24,000 nucleotides of DNA from Fervidibacillus albus (GCF_026547225.1 NZ_CP106878.1:2155159-2179158); one strand, 5' to 3'. Counted from the stretch's first letter, positions 8,408 through 16,604 are shown. Translations and numbers: made by a program. Notes: generated from the letters alone by a model not told the origin.

Positions 8408-8510
8408 GGTGACGGGCAATCTTTTAGGGAAAGGTCCGAACTGAAGACCTCACTGACGAGCTTGCCTACCGGAGAGATTGAGGCCGTGTCCGTAGAAAAC
8501 ATCCGCCACC
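8408..8510 (+). other. GC-rich multi-helix element (candidate cis-regulatory RNA, structured 3'UTR, or dispersed repeat copy)
   Basis: About 55% GC by hand count. Possible helices:
- GGTGACGG (8408-8415) with CCGCCACC (8503-8510), one A-C mismatch.
- AGGTC (8432-8436) with GACCT (8446-8450).
- GGCAA (8415-8419) with TTGCC (8462-8466), or alternatively CAATCT (8417-8422) with AGATTG (8475-8480).
- CTAC-GG (8466-8472) with CCGTAG (8490-8495).
The function is not established. Confidence 0.35.
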
Positions 8511-8522
8511 CTTTACGAAGAA

Positions 8523-8556
8523 AGGGGCTGTATTTTTAACAGCCCCTACATTTTTC
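8523..8556 (+). terminator. Rho-independent terminator, either the end of the SPFH-RHH operon or an attenuator before the MATE gene
   Basis: AGGGGCTGT (8523-8531) pairs with ACAGCCCCT (8539-8547), a 9-bp stem with a 7-nt loop. It is followed by ACATTTTT, so the U-tract is offset by 3 nt. Confidence 0.7.
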
Positions 8557-8641
8557 GCTTTCCAACAGTTTTTTATTCCCTTTTGCTAACATTCCGTATA
8601 CAATGGATGCTAGTGAATTTTTTTAAAAAGAGGGATATCGA

Positions 8642-9997
8642 TTGACAGACGAACATCAAACTTACAAAGAACAGACGTTGTTTCAAATCACTTGGCCGTT
8701 ATTTATTGAAATCACCTTGCATATGAGCATAGGAATTATTGCCACGCTGATTTTAAGCCATTATTCCGATCAAGCGGTGGCTGGAGTCGGTGTGGCAAAC
8801 CAAATTCTTAACATTTTCATCCTTATTTTTACGATTACTTCCATTGGTGCCACTATTCTCATCGGACAAAATCTCGGTGCTAAAAAATTCAATCGGGCGA
8901 GAAGATTAGCCAGATCCGCATTCGGTTTCAACTTTTGGATCGGGGTTATTGTCACGGTTATCGTTTTTTTGTTTCATCAAATATTTTTACAGTTTTACAG
9001 TATTGAAGGGGAAGTTTTATCCTTTGCAAAAACTTTTGTCAAAATTACTTCCCTCTCCTTGTTTCTCGAAGCGATTTCTTTAGCATTAAGTGCGGTTATT
9101 CGTAGTCACGGATATACGAAGGAAGCGATGATCGTTACGATGTTTATGAATTTGATTAGTATTTTCGGAAACATCGTTGCCGTTACCGGATTATTTGGCC
9201 TTCCCGTAACCGGTGTCGCAGGAGTTGCTTGGTCTATCGTCGTTGCGAGAACATTTGCCGTATCTGCTTTTATTTTTCTCGTCTATAAAAAGTTGGCATT
9301 GAGGCTTTATGTTAAAGATTTATTCGTGATGAATCATTCCGACATACGGGAATTTCTAGCCATCGGTATTCCATCAGCGGGAGAAAATTTTTCTTATCAA
9401 TTTTCCCAAATCGTTATTACCGGCTTCGTATCAGTGATCGGGGATGCTGCCTTAGCCGCACGGGTGTATTTAATCAACATTTCGATGGTTTGCTTTTTAT
9501 TTGCCATCGCCATTTCACAAGGTACCCAACTACTTGTCGCCCGTTATATCGGTGGGAAACAATTCGATCGAGCCCTCATACGGGGTATAAAAACGTTAAA
9601 AATCGCGATGATTATTTCCTTGTCCGTCTCCCTCGTCATCGCATTGACAGGAGAACCCCTTCTGAAACTCTTTACTTCCGACTTGGAAATTATCACCATC
9701 GGATTACCGGTTCTCTGGGCGATCGTTTTCATTGAACCGGGTCGGGCGATGAATATCGTGTTAATGGGTTCCTTAAAATCCGCAGGCGACGTTCGTTTTC
9801 CCGTTGCCATTGGTGTTCTCTCCATGTGGGGAATCGCCGTCGTCTTCAGCTATGTATTCGGTATTGTATTCGGTATGGGGCTTTTTGGAATATGGATTGC
9901 CCAAGGAATCGATGAATGGATACGGGGAATTTTTGCTTTGAAACGTTGGCTTTCAAAGCCTTGGGAAAGTAAAAAACTCGTAAAAAGTTATACTTAA
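8642..9997 (+). CDS. MATE-family multidrug/Na+-coupled efflux transporter, 451 aa
   Basis: A 12-TM protein with a typical MATE N-terminus (ITWPLFIEITLHMSIGIIATLILSHYSDQAVAGVGVANQI) and an internal repeat (AIGIPSAGENFSYQFSQIVIT). TTG start, preceded by AGAGGGA and a 6-nt spacer. Confidence 0.9.
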   Translation: MTDEHQTYKEQTLFQITWPLFIEITLHMSIGIIATLILSHYSDQAVAGVGVANQILNIFILIFTITSIGATILIGQNLGAKKFNRARRLARSAFGFNFWIGVIVTVIVFLFHQIFLQFYSIEGEVLSFAKTFVKITSLSLFLEAISLALSAVIRSHGYTKEAMIVTMFMNLISIFGNIVAVTGLFGLPVTGVAGVAWSIVVARTFAVSAFIFLVYKKLALRLYVKDLFVMNHSDIREFLAIGIPSAGENFSYQFSQIVITGFVSVIGDAALAARVYLINISMVCFLFAIAISQGTQLLVARYIGGKQFDRALIRGIKTLKIAMIISLSVSLVIALTGEPLLKLFTSDLEIITIGLPVLWAIVFIEPGRAMNIVLMGSLKSAGDVRFPVAIGVLSMWGIAVVFSYVFGIVFGMGLFGIWIAQGIDEWIRGIFALKRWLSKPWESKKLVKSYT

Positions 9998-10335
9998 TAA
10001 AAAATTTGTTTTCATTTGATTCGAACGAACGGAATTTTGTAAACGAAAAATGATCGACTATGAAAGGAATCTTTAATTAGGGGACGGTTCAAAAAACCAG
10101 CCTCCTTCAGAGCTTTCTGTACACTGTGTGTGAAAAAATTTCCTATGAGAAGGCCTCTTTTAAAATTGTATTTGCCGTAGTAAGCATACATTTATGAGAG
10201 AGTGCCTTTTCTTTTTTTCAGAAATTAGCTTACACACTTATGGGTAAGTCTCGGTTCGAACCTATTTTTCAATCGTATAGAAGCAGTTTGTAACCATTTA
10301 ACATACGAGGGAACAAAAATTGATCTTTCTTCTCT

Positions 10336-11211
10336 TTATGTTTTATTTGTCTTTGGCTTTATCCAGTTGGAAAGCATGCCATGTTTCGGTGAAAAAATAA
10401 AACTGATGAGAAATATGACACCGGTGGCAAAAGCCATCGAACCGGAAATGGACGTATCGATCCAGAGGGCAAAATAGTATCCGATCCATGCAGATAAGAC
10501 GCCGAACAGAGCACTAATACCGATCATGACTGCGAGTTTATCCGTCCATAAATAGGCGGAAGCTGCAGGTGTAATAAGCATAGCTACGACCATGATCGCG
10601 CCGACCGCATCAAAGGAAGCAACCGTTGTCACGGAAACGAGTGTCATAAATACATAATGCATCCCTAGTACCGGAATGCCTAAACTGGCAGCGAGGGCAG
10701 GATCAAACGTCGTTAGTTTCCACTCTTTATAAAACAAGCCGATCAGCAATAGGACGAAGAATAAGACGACACTCAACATAAACGTCGCAATTGGAATTTC
10801 ACCAATGAAGGGGACTTCCATCGTATTCCAAGGAATAAAGGCGATTTCCCCCATTAAGGCGTGTTGAACGTCCAAGTGAACATTGCCAACTTCCGTCGCA
10901 ATTAAGATGACACCGATCGCAAATAACGTTGTAAAAACAACGCCGATTGAAGCATCTTGTTGCACCCCTTTCGAATGCAACCATTGGACGAGAAACGTCG
11001 TAGCGATTCCTGCAACCACAGCCCCTACGAGCATATGAAATCCACTTAAACTTCGGGTGATTAAATAAGAGGTGACAATACCGAGTAATACCGTATGGCT
11101 AATCGCATCCGCCATCATCGCCATTCGACGTAAAATTAAAAAAACACCCACGATCCCTGAGGAAATACCAACAAGTGACGCAGTAAGGAGAATCCAACCG
11201 GTATACGTCAT
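10336..11211 (-). CDS. mntD: Mn2+ ABC transporter permease (ABC-3 family)
   Basis: Polytopic ABC-3 permease, 291 aa. Its ATG overlaps the mntC stop (ATGA). It is the fourth gene in the SBP-ATPase-permease-permease order, as in B. subtilis mntABCD. Confidence 0.88.
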   Translation of the reverse strand: MTYTGWILLTASLVGISSGIVGVFLILRRMAMMADAISHTVLLGIVTSYLITRSLSGFHMLVGAVVAGIATTFLVQWLHSKGVQQDASIGVVFTTLFAIGVILIATEVGNVHLDVQHALMGEIAFIPWNTMEVPFIGEIPIATFMLSVVLFFVLLLIGLFYKEWKLTTFDPALAASLGIPVLGMHYVFMTLVSVTTVASFDAVGAIMVVAMLITPAASAYLWTDKLAVMIGISALFGVLSAWIGYYFALWIDTSISGSMAFATGVIFLISFIFSPKHGMLSNWIKPKTNKT

Positions 11212-12113
11212 CGTTCTCCCCCCTTGACGAAAAAACCTTGTAACTCTTTCTTTTTCTTTCGATGGATGGTCAGTTCCACAACCATCCCTTTTTTTATTCC
11301 GAAAAACATAGAAAGGATAAAGATTGTGCCCGATATTAATACGATAAACGGTCCCGTTGGCCAGCCGTCACCGAAAGCACTCAAAGTCGTTCCAATCGCA
11401 CCGGAAATCCCACCGAAAAAACCTGATAACATTAACATATTGCGAAACGACTGGGTCCAATAGCGGGCGGAAACCGGTGGGATAATAAGAAGCGCGGACA
11501 TTAAAATCACACCTACTGCTTGAATACCGATAACGATTGTCACGACGAGCAAAAACAAATAAATCGTATTCAGGGCGGTAATCGGCAACTTTAACCCCTT
11601 TCCAAAATCGGGATCGAATAAAAACAATTTCCATTCTTTAAACCCGGCAATCACAAGAAAAATTACCGACAATGCCAAAAGGGACATCATCTTCACGTCA
11701 GAGGAGACCATCGAAGCTGCTTCGCCGTATATAAAACTATCTAAACCGGCTTGATTTCCGCTACCATGCCGATTGACAAACGTCAAAAGAACGATTCCAC
11801 CACCGAAAAAAACCGCTAAGATCATCCCCATTGCCGTATCTTCTTTAATGCGCGACCTTTGTTTAATGTACATGATAAAAAAAGCTCCGAGGAGTGCGCT
11901 GAGACTAGCTCCGATCATCAAAATAAAGAAATCTTTCACTTGAAATAAAAGGAAGGCGATGGCAACCCCAGGCAAAGCTGCATGGGACAATGCATCGCTC
12001 ATTAAGCTTTGTTTTTTCCAATATACGAAACTTCCAACAAGTCCGGAGGCGATTCCAAGTAAAAGGGTGCTTAATAATACCCATACATAGTTACTGGATG
12101 CTAGTACCGACAA
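11208..12113 (-). CDS. mntC: Mn2+ ABC transporter permease (ABC-3 family)
   Basis: Polytopic ABC-3 permease, 301 aa. TTG start preceded by GAAGGAGGGGG and a 6-nt spacer. Overlaps the mntB 3' end by 23 nt. Confidence 0.88.
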   Translation of the reverse strand: MSVLASSNYVWVLLSTLLLGIASGLVGSFVYWKKQSLMSDALSHAALPGVAIAFLLFQVKDFFILMIGASLSALLGAFFIMYIKQRSRIKEDTAMGMILAVFFGGGIVLLTFVNRHGSGNQAGLDSFIYGEAASMVSSDVKMMSLLALSVIFLVIAGFKEWKLFLFDPDFGKGLKLPITALNTIYLFLLVVTIVIGIQAVGVILMSALLIIPPVSARYWTQSFRNMLMLSGFFGGISGAIGTTLSAFGDGWPTGPFIVLISGTIFILSMFFGIKKGMVVELTIHRKKKKELQGFFVKGGER

Positions 12114-12846
12114 TGCCGACCCCCTCCTTCAACCAACGCACACTTCCGCCATAGGCTCTTTCGATATTTTTCGCCGTAAACGTGGACGTCGTATTGCCGT
12201 GGGCGACAACGGTACGATTTAAAAATAAAACTTGATCGAAATAATCTTGAACCGTTTGAAGGTCATGGTGGACGACAAGAACCGTTTTTCCTTTATTTTT
12301 TAATTCTCGAAGAATTGCCATAATCGCCCGTTCCGTCGCCGCATCCACTCCTGCTAGTGGTTCATCCATGAAATAGAGGTCAGCACTTTGAATTAATGCC
12401 CTCGCCAAAAATACCCTCTGTTGTTGACCTCCGGATAATTCACTAATTTGATGATGGGAAAAATCGGCCATTCCAACTTTATCCAATACTTCCAACGCTT
12501 TTTTTCGATGTTTTTTACTCGGCCACTTTAACCAACCGATTTGTCCGTACATCCCCATCATAACTACATCGAGGGCATCGGTCGGAAAGTCCCAGTCCAC
12601 CGAACCTCTTTGCGGGACATAACCGACCTTCGATTTCACTCTTTTTAATGACTTTCCGAAGAAATACACGTTTCCCGTTAATTTCGGGTGAAGTTCGAGC
12701 AATACTTTAATCAACGTTGATTTCCCCGCTCCATTCGGACCGACAATTCCCGTCAATGATCCTTGTGGAATGGAGAAGGATACATCATTTAATACCGTAT
12801 TTTTTCGATAAGCCGCACTCACCCCTTCGACTTCCAGAACGTTCAC
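12091..12846 (-). CDS. mntB: Mn2+ ABC transporter ATP-binding protein
   Basis: Walker A GPNGAGKST, signature LSGGQQQR, Walker B LYFMDEP. The GTG start overlaps the mntA stop (GTGA). Confidence 0.92.
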   Translation of the reverse strand: MNVLEVEGVSAAYRKNTVLNDVSFSIPQGSLTGIVGPNGAGKSTLIKVLLELHPKLTGNVYFFGKSLKRVKSKVGYVPQRGSVDWDFPTDALDVVMMGMYGQIGWLKWPSKKHRKKALEVLDKVGMADFSHHQISELSGGQQQRVFLARALIQSADLYFMDEPLAGVDAATERAIMAILRELKNKGKTVLVVHHDLQTVQDYFDQVLFLNRTVVAHGNTTSTFTAKNIERAYGGSVRWLKEGVGIVGTSIQ

Positions 12847-13805
12847 GATTCATCACCTCGACTTAAAGCTTGATAGATCGTTTCTACATTGTGACGGTAC
12901 ATTCCAATATATGTTCCTTCTTCCGTTCCTGCCTCTCCCATCGCATCCGAGAACAATTCACCTCCAAGTTCCACTTCAAGTCCTTCCTTCGCCGCCCCTT
13001 CAATGACCGCTTGAATCGAGTTTTGATTAATACTACTTTCCACAAACACAGCCGGTACTTGTTTTTCGAGTAATAATGCCACCGTCGATTGAATATCGGA
13101 CAATCCGACTTCATCCTCCGTACTTAGCCCTTGCAATCCGACGACTTCAATATCCCACATTCGTCCGAAATAACCGAAAGCATCGTGGGCGGTCACTAAA
13201 ATTCGTTGTTCCTTCGGGATGGTAGATAATTTTTCCTCTGCCTCTTGTTTTAGTTCATCCATTTTTGCAAAGTACGCTTGTTTGTTTTGTTCGAACGTTT
13301 CCGCATGTTCCGGTGCATGTTCCTTTAATACGTCCGTTGCATTGGCAAGCGCTTCTTTCCATAAATCTATGTCGAACCAAATATGGGGATCGATGGCTCC
13401 CTCTTCATCTTTTAATAATTTTGATTCATCGATCGTTTCTCCCAAGCCTAACGTTGTTTTTTTATCTTTTAAGTTTGCAAAAATCTCACCCATATTTCCT
13501 TCCAAATGAAGACCGTTGTAAAAAATCACATCCGCATTTTGCAATTTTGTAATGTCTCCTTGCGTTGCTTCATATAAATGCGGATCTACCCCCGGACCCA
13601 TCAAACTATCTACTTGTCCTGCATCTCCAACGATTTGTTCAATCGGTTCTGCAATTTGGGCAATCGTTGTAACGATCGTAATCTTTTCCGTTGAATCATC
13701 CCCAGATGAACTTGACGTTTCTTCCGACGAATTGCATCCAGTAATGAAAAAGACTGTGCCTACACTAACGATGAACAATACCCATAAAGATTTAAATTTA
13801 CTCAT
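12843..13805 (-). CDS. mntA: Mn2+-binding lipoprotein (cluster A-I / TroA-like SBP), 320 aa
   Basis: Lipobox FITGC after a signal peptide, with metal-ligand motifs GPGVDPHLYE, DPHIWFD, VTAHDAFGYF and AVFVESS. As I recall the B. subtilis MntA sequence, the two are closely similar. The start is re-set to ATG 13805 (AAGGAGGAG, 6-nt spacer) rather than the track start at 13823. Confidence 0.9.
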   Translation of the reverse strand: MSKFKSLWVLFIVSVGTVFFITGCNSSEETSSSSGDDSTEKITIVTTIAQIAEPIEQIVGDAGQVDSLMGPGVDPHLYEATQGDITKLQNADVIFYNGLHLEGNMGEIFANLKDKKTTLGLGETIDESKLLKDEEGAIDPHIWFDIDLWKEALANATDVLKEHAPEHAETFEQNKQAYFAKMDELKQEAEEKLSTIPKEQRILVTAHDAFGYFGRMWDIEVVGLQGLSTEDEVGLSDIQSTVALLLEKQVPAVFVESSINQNSIQAVIEGAAKEGLEVELGGELFSDAMGEAGTEEGTYIGMYRHNVETIYQALSRGDES

Positions 13806-13840
13806 ACCTCTCCTCCTTGCCATTTTACATAATTGTTGTA

Positions 13841-13853
13841 TTAAGGAAACTTT
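13841..13853. promoter_or_regulatory. Second copy of the MntR-box right half (TTAAGGAAACTTT) in the mntA leader
   Basis: This is an exact 13-nt direct repeat of 13908-13920, located 67 bp away and 36-48 nt upstream of the mntA ATG. The left half (TTGTA) is degenerate. Confidence 0.4.
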
Positions 13854-13902
13854 TTGTCCAAAAAATAATAAATGGACAATCAGTTTCCATTCTGTTAATT
13901 TT

Positions 13903-13916
13903 TTTCCTTAAGGAAA
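13903..13916. promoter_or_regulatory. Candidate MntR operator (perfect 14-bp palindrome)
   Basis: TTTCCTTAAGGAAA resembles the B. subtilis MntR operator core (CCTTAAGGAAAC, from memory of mntH). It abuts the candidate -10 of the mntA promoter. Confidence 0.6.
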
Positions 13917-13943
13917 CTTTAATTGATATAGGAAAAAATGTCA
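13916..13943 (-). promoter_or_regulatory. Candidate sigma-A promoter of mntABCD
   Basis: On the minus strand: TTGACA (13943-13938), a 16-nt spacer, then TAAAGT (13921-16). Confidence 0.45.
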
Positions 13944-14043
13944 ACATAAATGATATGAAAAATTGAAATCTCGTTCCATTTTCCTACGTTATGGAGCGAA
14001 CTGTCCTCGAATCGTTTTTTTAAAATAAATCCGTACTTCAAAC

Positions 14044-14081
14044 GAAAAAACGACCTAAGGAATGTTCACGTCCTTAGGTCA
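14044..14081 (-). terminator. Rho-independent terminator of cadA (bidirectional form)
   Basis: GACCTAAGGA (14052-14061) pairs with TCCTTAGGTC (14071-14080), a perfect 10-bp stem with a 9-nt loop. The minus strand then reads GTTTTTTCG. Confidence 0.85.
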
Positions 14082-14119
14082 TTATTTTGAGAGGAATTCC
14101 CTTTCGATTATCCATTTTT

Positions 14120-16207
14120 TTATTTCTTTTTTTCAACGAGAATTAATAAACTGATTAACGTAACGATAATCGTCGCACCCATATCCGATAAAATCGCAAT
14201 CCATAACGTTAACCATCCGGGGATGGCTAGTAGCAAAGCGAGAAGTTTTAAACTTAAAGCAAGGGTAATATTAAAGGCGATCGTCTTATTGACCCGTTTA
14301 GATAGTCGAATCGCATCGGGAAGTTTCCCTAGATGATCTTGCATTAAAACGATATCCGCCGTTTCAATCGCACTATCCGTTCCTTTTCCCATGGCAATGC
14401 CTAAATCAGCGGCAGCGAGGGCAGGAGCATCGTTAATCCCGTCACCTACCATGGCAACCCGCATTTGTTTTTTCAACTGTTGAATGCGTTCCAATTTTTC
14501 ATCAGGCATCAAATTTCCGTAATAGTCCGTTACACCGACCTGTTTTGCTACCTTTTCCGCCGTTTTGTTATGATCGCCCGTAAGCATGATCGTCTGTTTT
14601 ACACCAACATGATGAAGTTGATGAATTACATCTGTACTTTCCTCCCGAACTTGATCGGCAATCCCAAAAATTCCAAAAATTTCTGAACGGTCAGCGACAA
14701 TAACAATCGTATACCCTTTTCTTTTTAAATCATCGATATCTGCTTGCACCGACTTTGAAATCGTTACATCGAGGAGGCTTTTTTCATTTCCAACCCAATA
14801 TTCCTTTCCGTTCAGTACACCTTTAATCCCTTGTCCGGAAAGGGTCGTTAACTCATCAGGCGAAAACGTTTGGATCCCCAATTCCTCTACCTTTTCCACA
14901 ATCGCTTTAGCAATCGGATGGGTCGAGGATTTTTCTAAAGAACCGGCAACGAAAAGAAAACGATCATCATAAGACACGAATTGTTCGACATAAGGTTTAC
15001 CCTTTGTTAATGTACCTGTCTTATCAAAGGCAATCGCATCGATTTTTCCTAGTTGTTCGAGATACACCCCGCCCTTGACGAGAATTCCGTGACGTGCATT
15101 TCGCGTAATGCCGGAAATAATCGCAATCGGTGACGCGAGAATCAATGAACAAGGACATCCGATAATTAACACGGCCAATCCTTGGTAAAACCATGTTCCC
15201 CAATCTCCTTGAAATAGAATTGGTGGTAGAATCATGACGAGAGCCGAAATAATCATAATGAGTGGCGTATAATATTTTGCAAATCGATTAATAAACAATT
15301 CTGTCGGTGTTTTTGTTTCCTGTGCTTCTTCAACGAGATGCAAAATTTTCGCCAATGAGGAGTCTTCATACGCCTTTGTAATTTCAATTTTTAACAAACC
15401 TTCATTATTAATACTCCCACCATAAACCGAATCGCCCACTCCTTTTTCCACTGGCAATGACTCGCCTGTGATCGCTGCTTCATTTACAGAACTTGCTCCC
15501 TCTTTAATGATCCCATCGGAAGGAATTTGTTCACCTGAGCGGACGAGGACGGTTTGGCCCGCTGTTAACGAAGAAACAGTTGTGACAAATGGCTTTCCAT
15601 TTTCGATTACCGTCGCCTGTTTTGGAGCGATTTTTAACAATTCATCCATCGATCGTCTCGCCTTTTCCATTCCGAGCCCTTCTAAATATTCATTTACACC
15701 GAACAAGATTGCAACGAGAGTCCCTTCCTTCCATTCCCCGATGCTAAAGGCCCCTACAAGTGCAATCGTCATTAACGTGTCGATATTAAACTTGAAGGAA
15801 AGGAGATTTCTCAACCCTTTCATAAATGTTTTGTATCCGCTAATGGCCGTAGCGATGAGATAAACGGAAACGACGGTAAAATCGTTCCAACCACTTTCGA
15901 AAAGGATAGCAGTAAAAAATAGGAGCGTAGAAATGGTAAGAATGACTTTCCACATCGTTCCTTCATCGAGGGAAAATGTTGATTTTTTTCCCTTTGTTTG
16001 TGGAACGTTTTCGTCATATTCAATCGCTGCGCCATCCGATGCTAATATGTTTTCCACCTTTTCCATGTTGATGGAAGGATCAACGAGAAGCTTGCTAGAA
16101 TTGAAGAACAGTTTCGCATTTTCGCCCTTCTCCAATTGTTGAATCGCTTCTTCCATCTCCCGAGCACAGTTGGCACAAGACAGTCCCTTCACTTTATATT
16201 CTTGCAT
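14120..16207 (-). CDS. cadA: P1B-2 type heavy-metal (Zn2+/Cd2+/Co2+) exporting ATPase, 695 aa
   Basis: N-terminal HMA domain with GLSCANC; CPC in TM6 (IIGCPCSLILASP); DKTGTLT; STHPIAKAI (HP motif); GDGINDAPALA; and SDMGATIIV (the DxG of Zn/Cd pumps). The start is re-set to ATG 16207 (GGAGGA, 7-nt spacer). The track start at 16246 would overlap the upstream gene by 23 nt. Confidence 0.93.
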   Translation of the reverse strand: MQEYKVKGLSCANCAREMEEAIQQLEKGENAKLFFNSSKLLVDPSINMEKVENILASDGAAIEYDENVPQTKGKKSTFSLDEGTMWKVILTISTLLFFTAILFESGWNDFTVVSVYLIATAISGYKTFMKGLRNLLSFKFNIDTLMTIALVGAFSIGEWKEGTLVAILFGVNEYLEGLGMEKARRSMDELLKIAPKQATVIENGKPFVTTVSSLTAGQTVLVRSGEQIPSDGIIKEGASSVNEAAITGESLPVEKGVGDSVYGGSINNEGLLKIEITKAYEDSSLAKILHLVEEAQETKTPTELFINRFAKYYTPLIMIISALVMILPPILFQGDWGTWFYQGLAVLIIGCPCSLILASPIAIISGITRNARHGILVKGGVYLEQLGKIDAIAFDKTGTLTKGKPYVEQFVSYDDRFLFVAGSLEKSSTHPIAKAIVEKVEELGIQTFSPDELTTLSGQGIKGVLNGKEYWVGNEKSLLDVTISKSVQADIDDLKRKGYTIVIVADRSEIFGIFGIADQVREESTDVIHQLHHVGVKQTIMLTGDHNKTAEKVAKQVGVTDYYGNLMPDEKLERIQQLKKQMRVAMVGDGINDAPALAAADLGIAMGKGTDSAIETADIVLMQDHLGKLPDAIRLSKRVNKTIAFNITLALSLKLLALLLAIPGWLTLWIAILSDMGATIIVTLISLLILVEKKK

Positions 16208-16223
16208 GACCCATTCCTCCAAT

Positions 16224-16556
16224 TTAGTGATGTCGGGCATGGTCAATCGTCTGTTTTAAAAGATTCATGACATGCTCATCGTCACACGAATAGTATATTG
16301 TTGTTTTTTCCCTGCGAAATTTCACCAAGCGCAAGTTTTTCAAAAAACGTAATTGATGGGAAACGGTCGTTTGTTGCAATTTTAAAGTTTCTGCAATTTC
16401 ATTGACCGAATATTCCCTTTTGGACAAAAGATATAAAATTTTGATTCGCGTTGGTTCCGACAATGCTTTAAATATTTGTGAGACGAGAAATAACGTCTCT
16501 TCATCTAAAATGGAAACCCGATCGTCCGTGGGATTCATATGTTTTTCATCGTTCAA
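16224..16556 (-). CDS. czrA: ArsR/SmtB-family metalloregulator with a CzrA-type alpha5 site, 110 aa
   Basis: Winged helix ([40 protein letters not shown]). The C-terminal DEH-x10-H-x2-H ([19 protein letters not shown]) matches the DxHx10Hx2H alpha5 Zn/Co site. There is no CxC in alpha3 and no N-terminal Cys pair, which a CadC would have. The start is probably TTG 16556 (AAGGAG, 8-nt spacer); ATG 16538 is the alternative. Confidence 0.87.
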   Translation of the reverse strand: MNDEKHMNPTDDRVSILDEETLFLVSQIFKALSEPTRIKILYLLSKREYSVNEIAETLKLQQTTVSHQLRFLKNLRLVKFRREKTTIYYSCDDEHVMNLLKQTIDHARHH

Positions 16557-16584
16557 TGATCCTACTCCTTTTTTAAATGTCAAT

Positions 16585-16604
16585 ATATGAATATATGTTC
16601 ATAT
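16585..16604. promoter_or_regulatory. ArsR/SmtB-type operator (7-6-7 inverted repeat containing TGAACAnnTATTCA)
   Basis: The minus strand reads TAATATGAACATATATTCATATATT. ATATGAA and TTCATAT are perfect inverted arms, and the core TGAACA-TA-TATTCA matches the 12-2-12 CzrA/SmtB operator core. It starts inside the -10 and covers the expected transcription start. Confidence 0.75.

Noticed and set aside
8425-8476. Partial resemblance to the ykkC (guanidine-I / ppGpp / PRPP) aptamer: UAGGG (8425-8429), GGUCCGA (8433-8439), CCGGAGAG (8469-8476)
   Set aside because: The intervening hairpin and the ACGG...GGGA...AAA...CCCGGGAGA 3' half of the consensus, as I remember it, are missing. The similarity amounts to three short GC-rich words. 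It is not enough for a class call without cmsearch.
8453-8498. Hammerhead-ribozyme-like words CUGACGAG (8453-8460) and GAAA (8495-8498)
   Set aside because: Stems I-III cannot be drawn convincingly. The related copy at 4476-4584 has GUGACGAG, which breaks the invariant core.
10012-10191. 59-codon minus-strand ORF (MYAYYGKYNFKRGLLIGNFFTHSVQKALKEAGFLNRPLIK...)
   Set aside because: It has no SD within range, a stop codon immediately upstream, and no domain I recognise. It is mentioned inside the intergenic-region finding only as a possible gene remnant.
10253-10262. GGTTCGAACC, which resembles a tRNA T-arm
   Set aside because: The flanks cannot form a T-stem, acceptor stem or anticodon arm. 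No cloverleaf is possible, so it is not a tRNA or a clear tRNA fragment.
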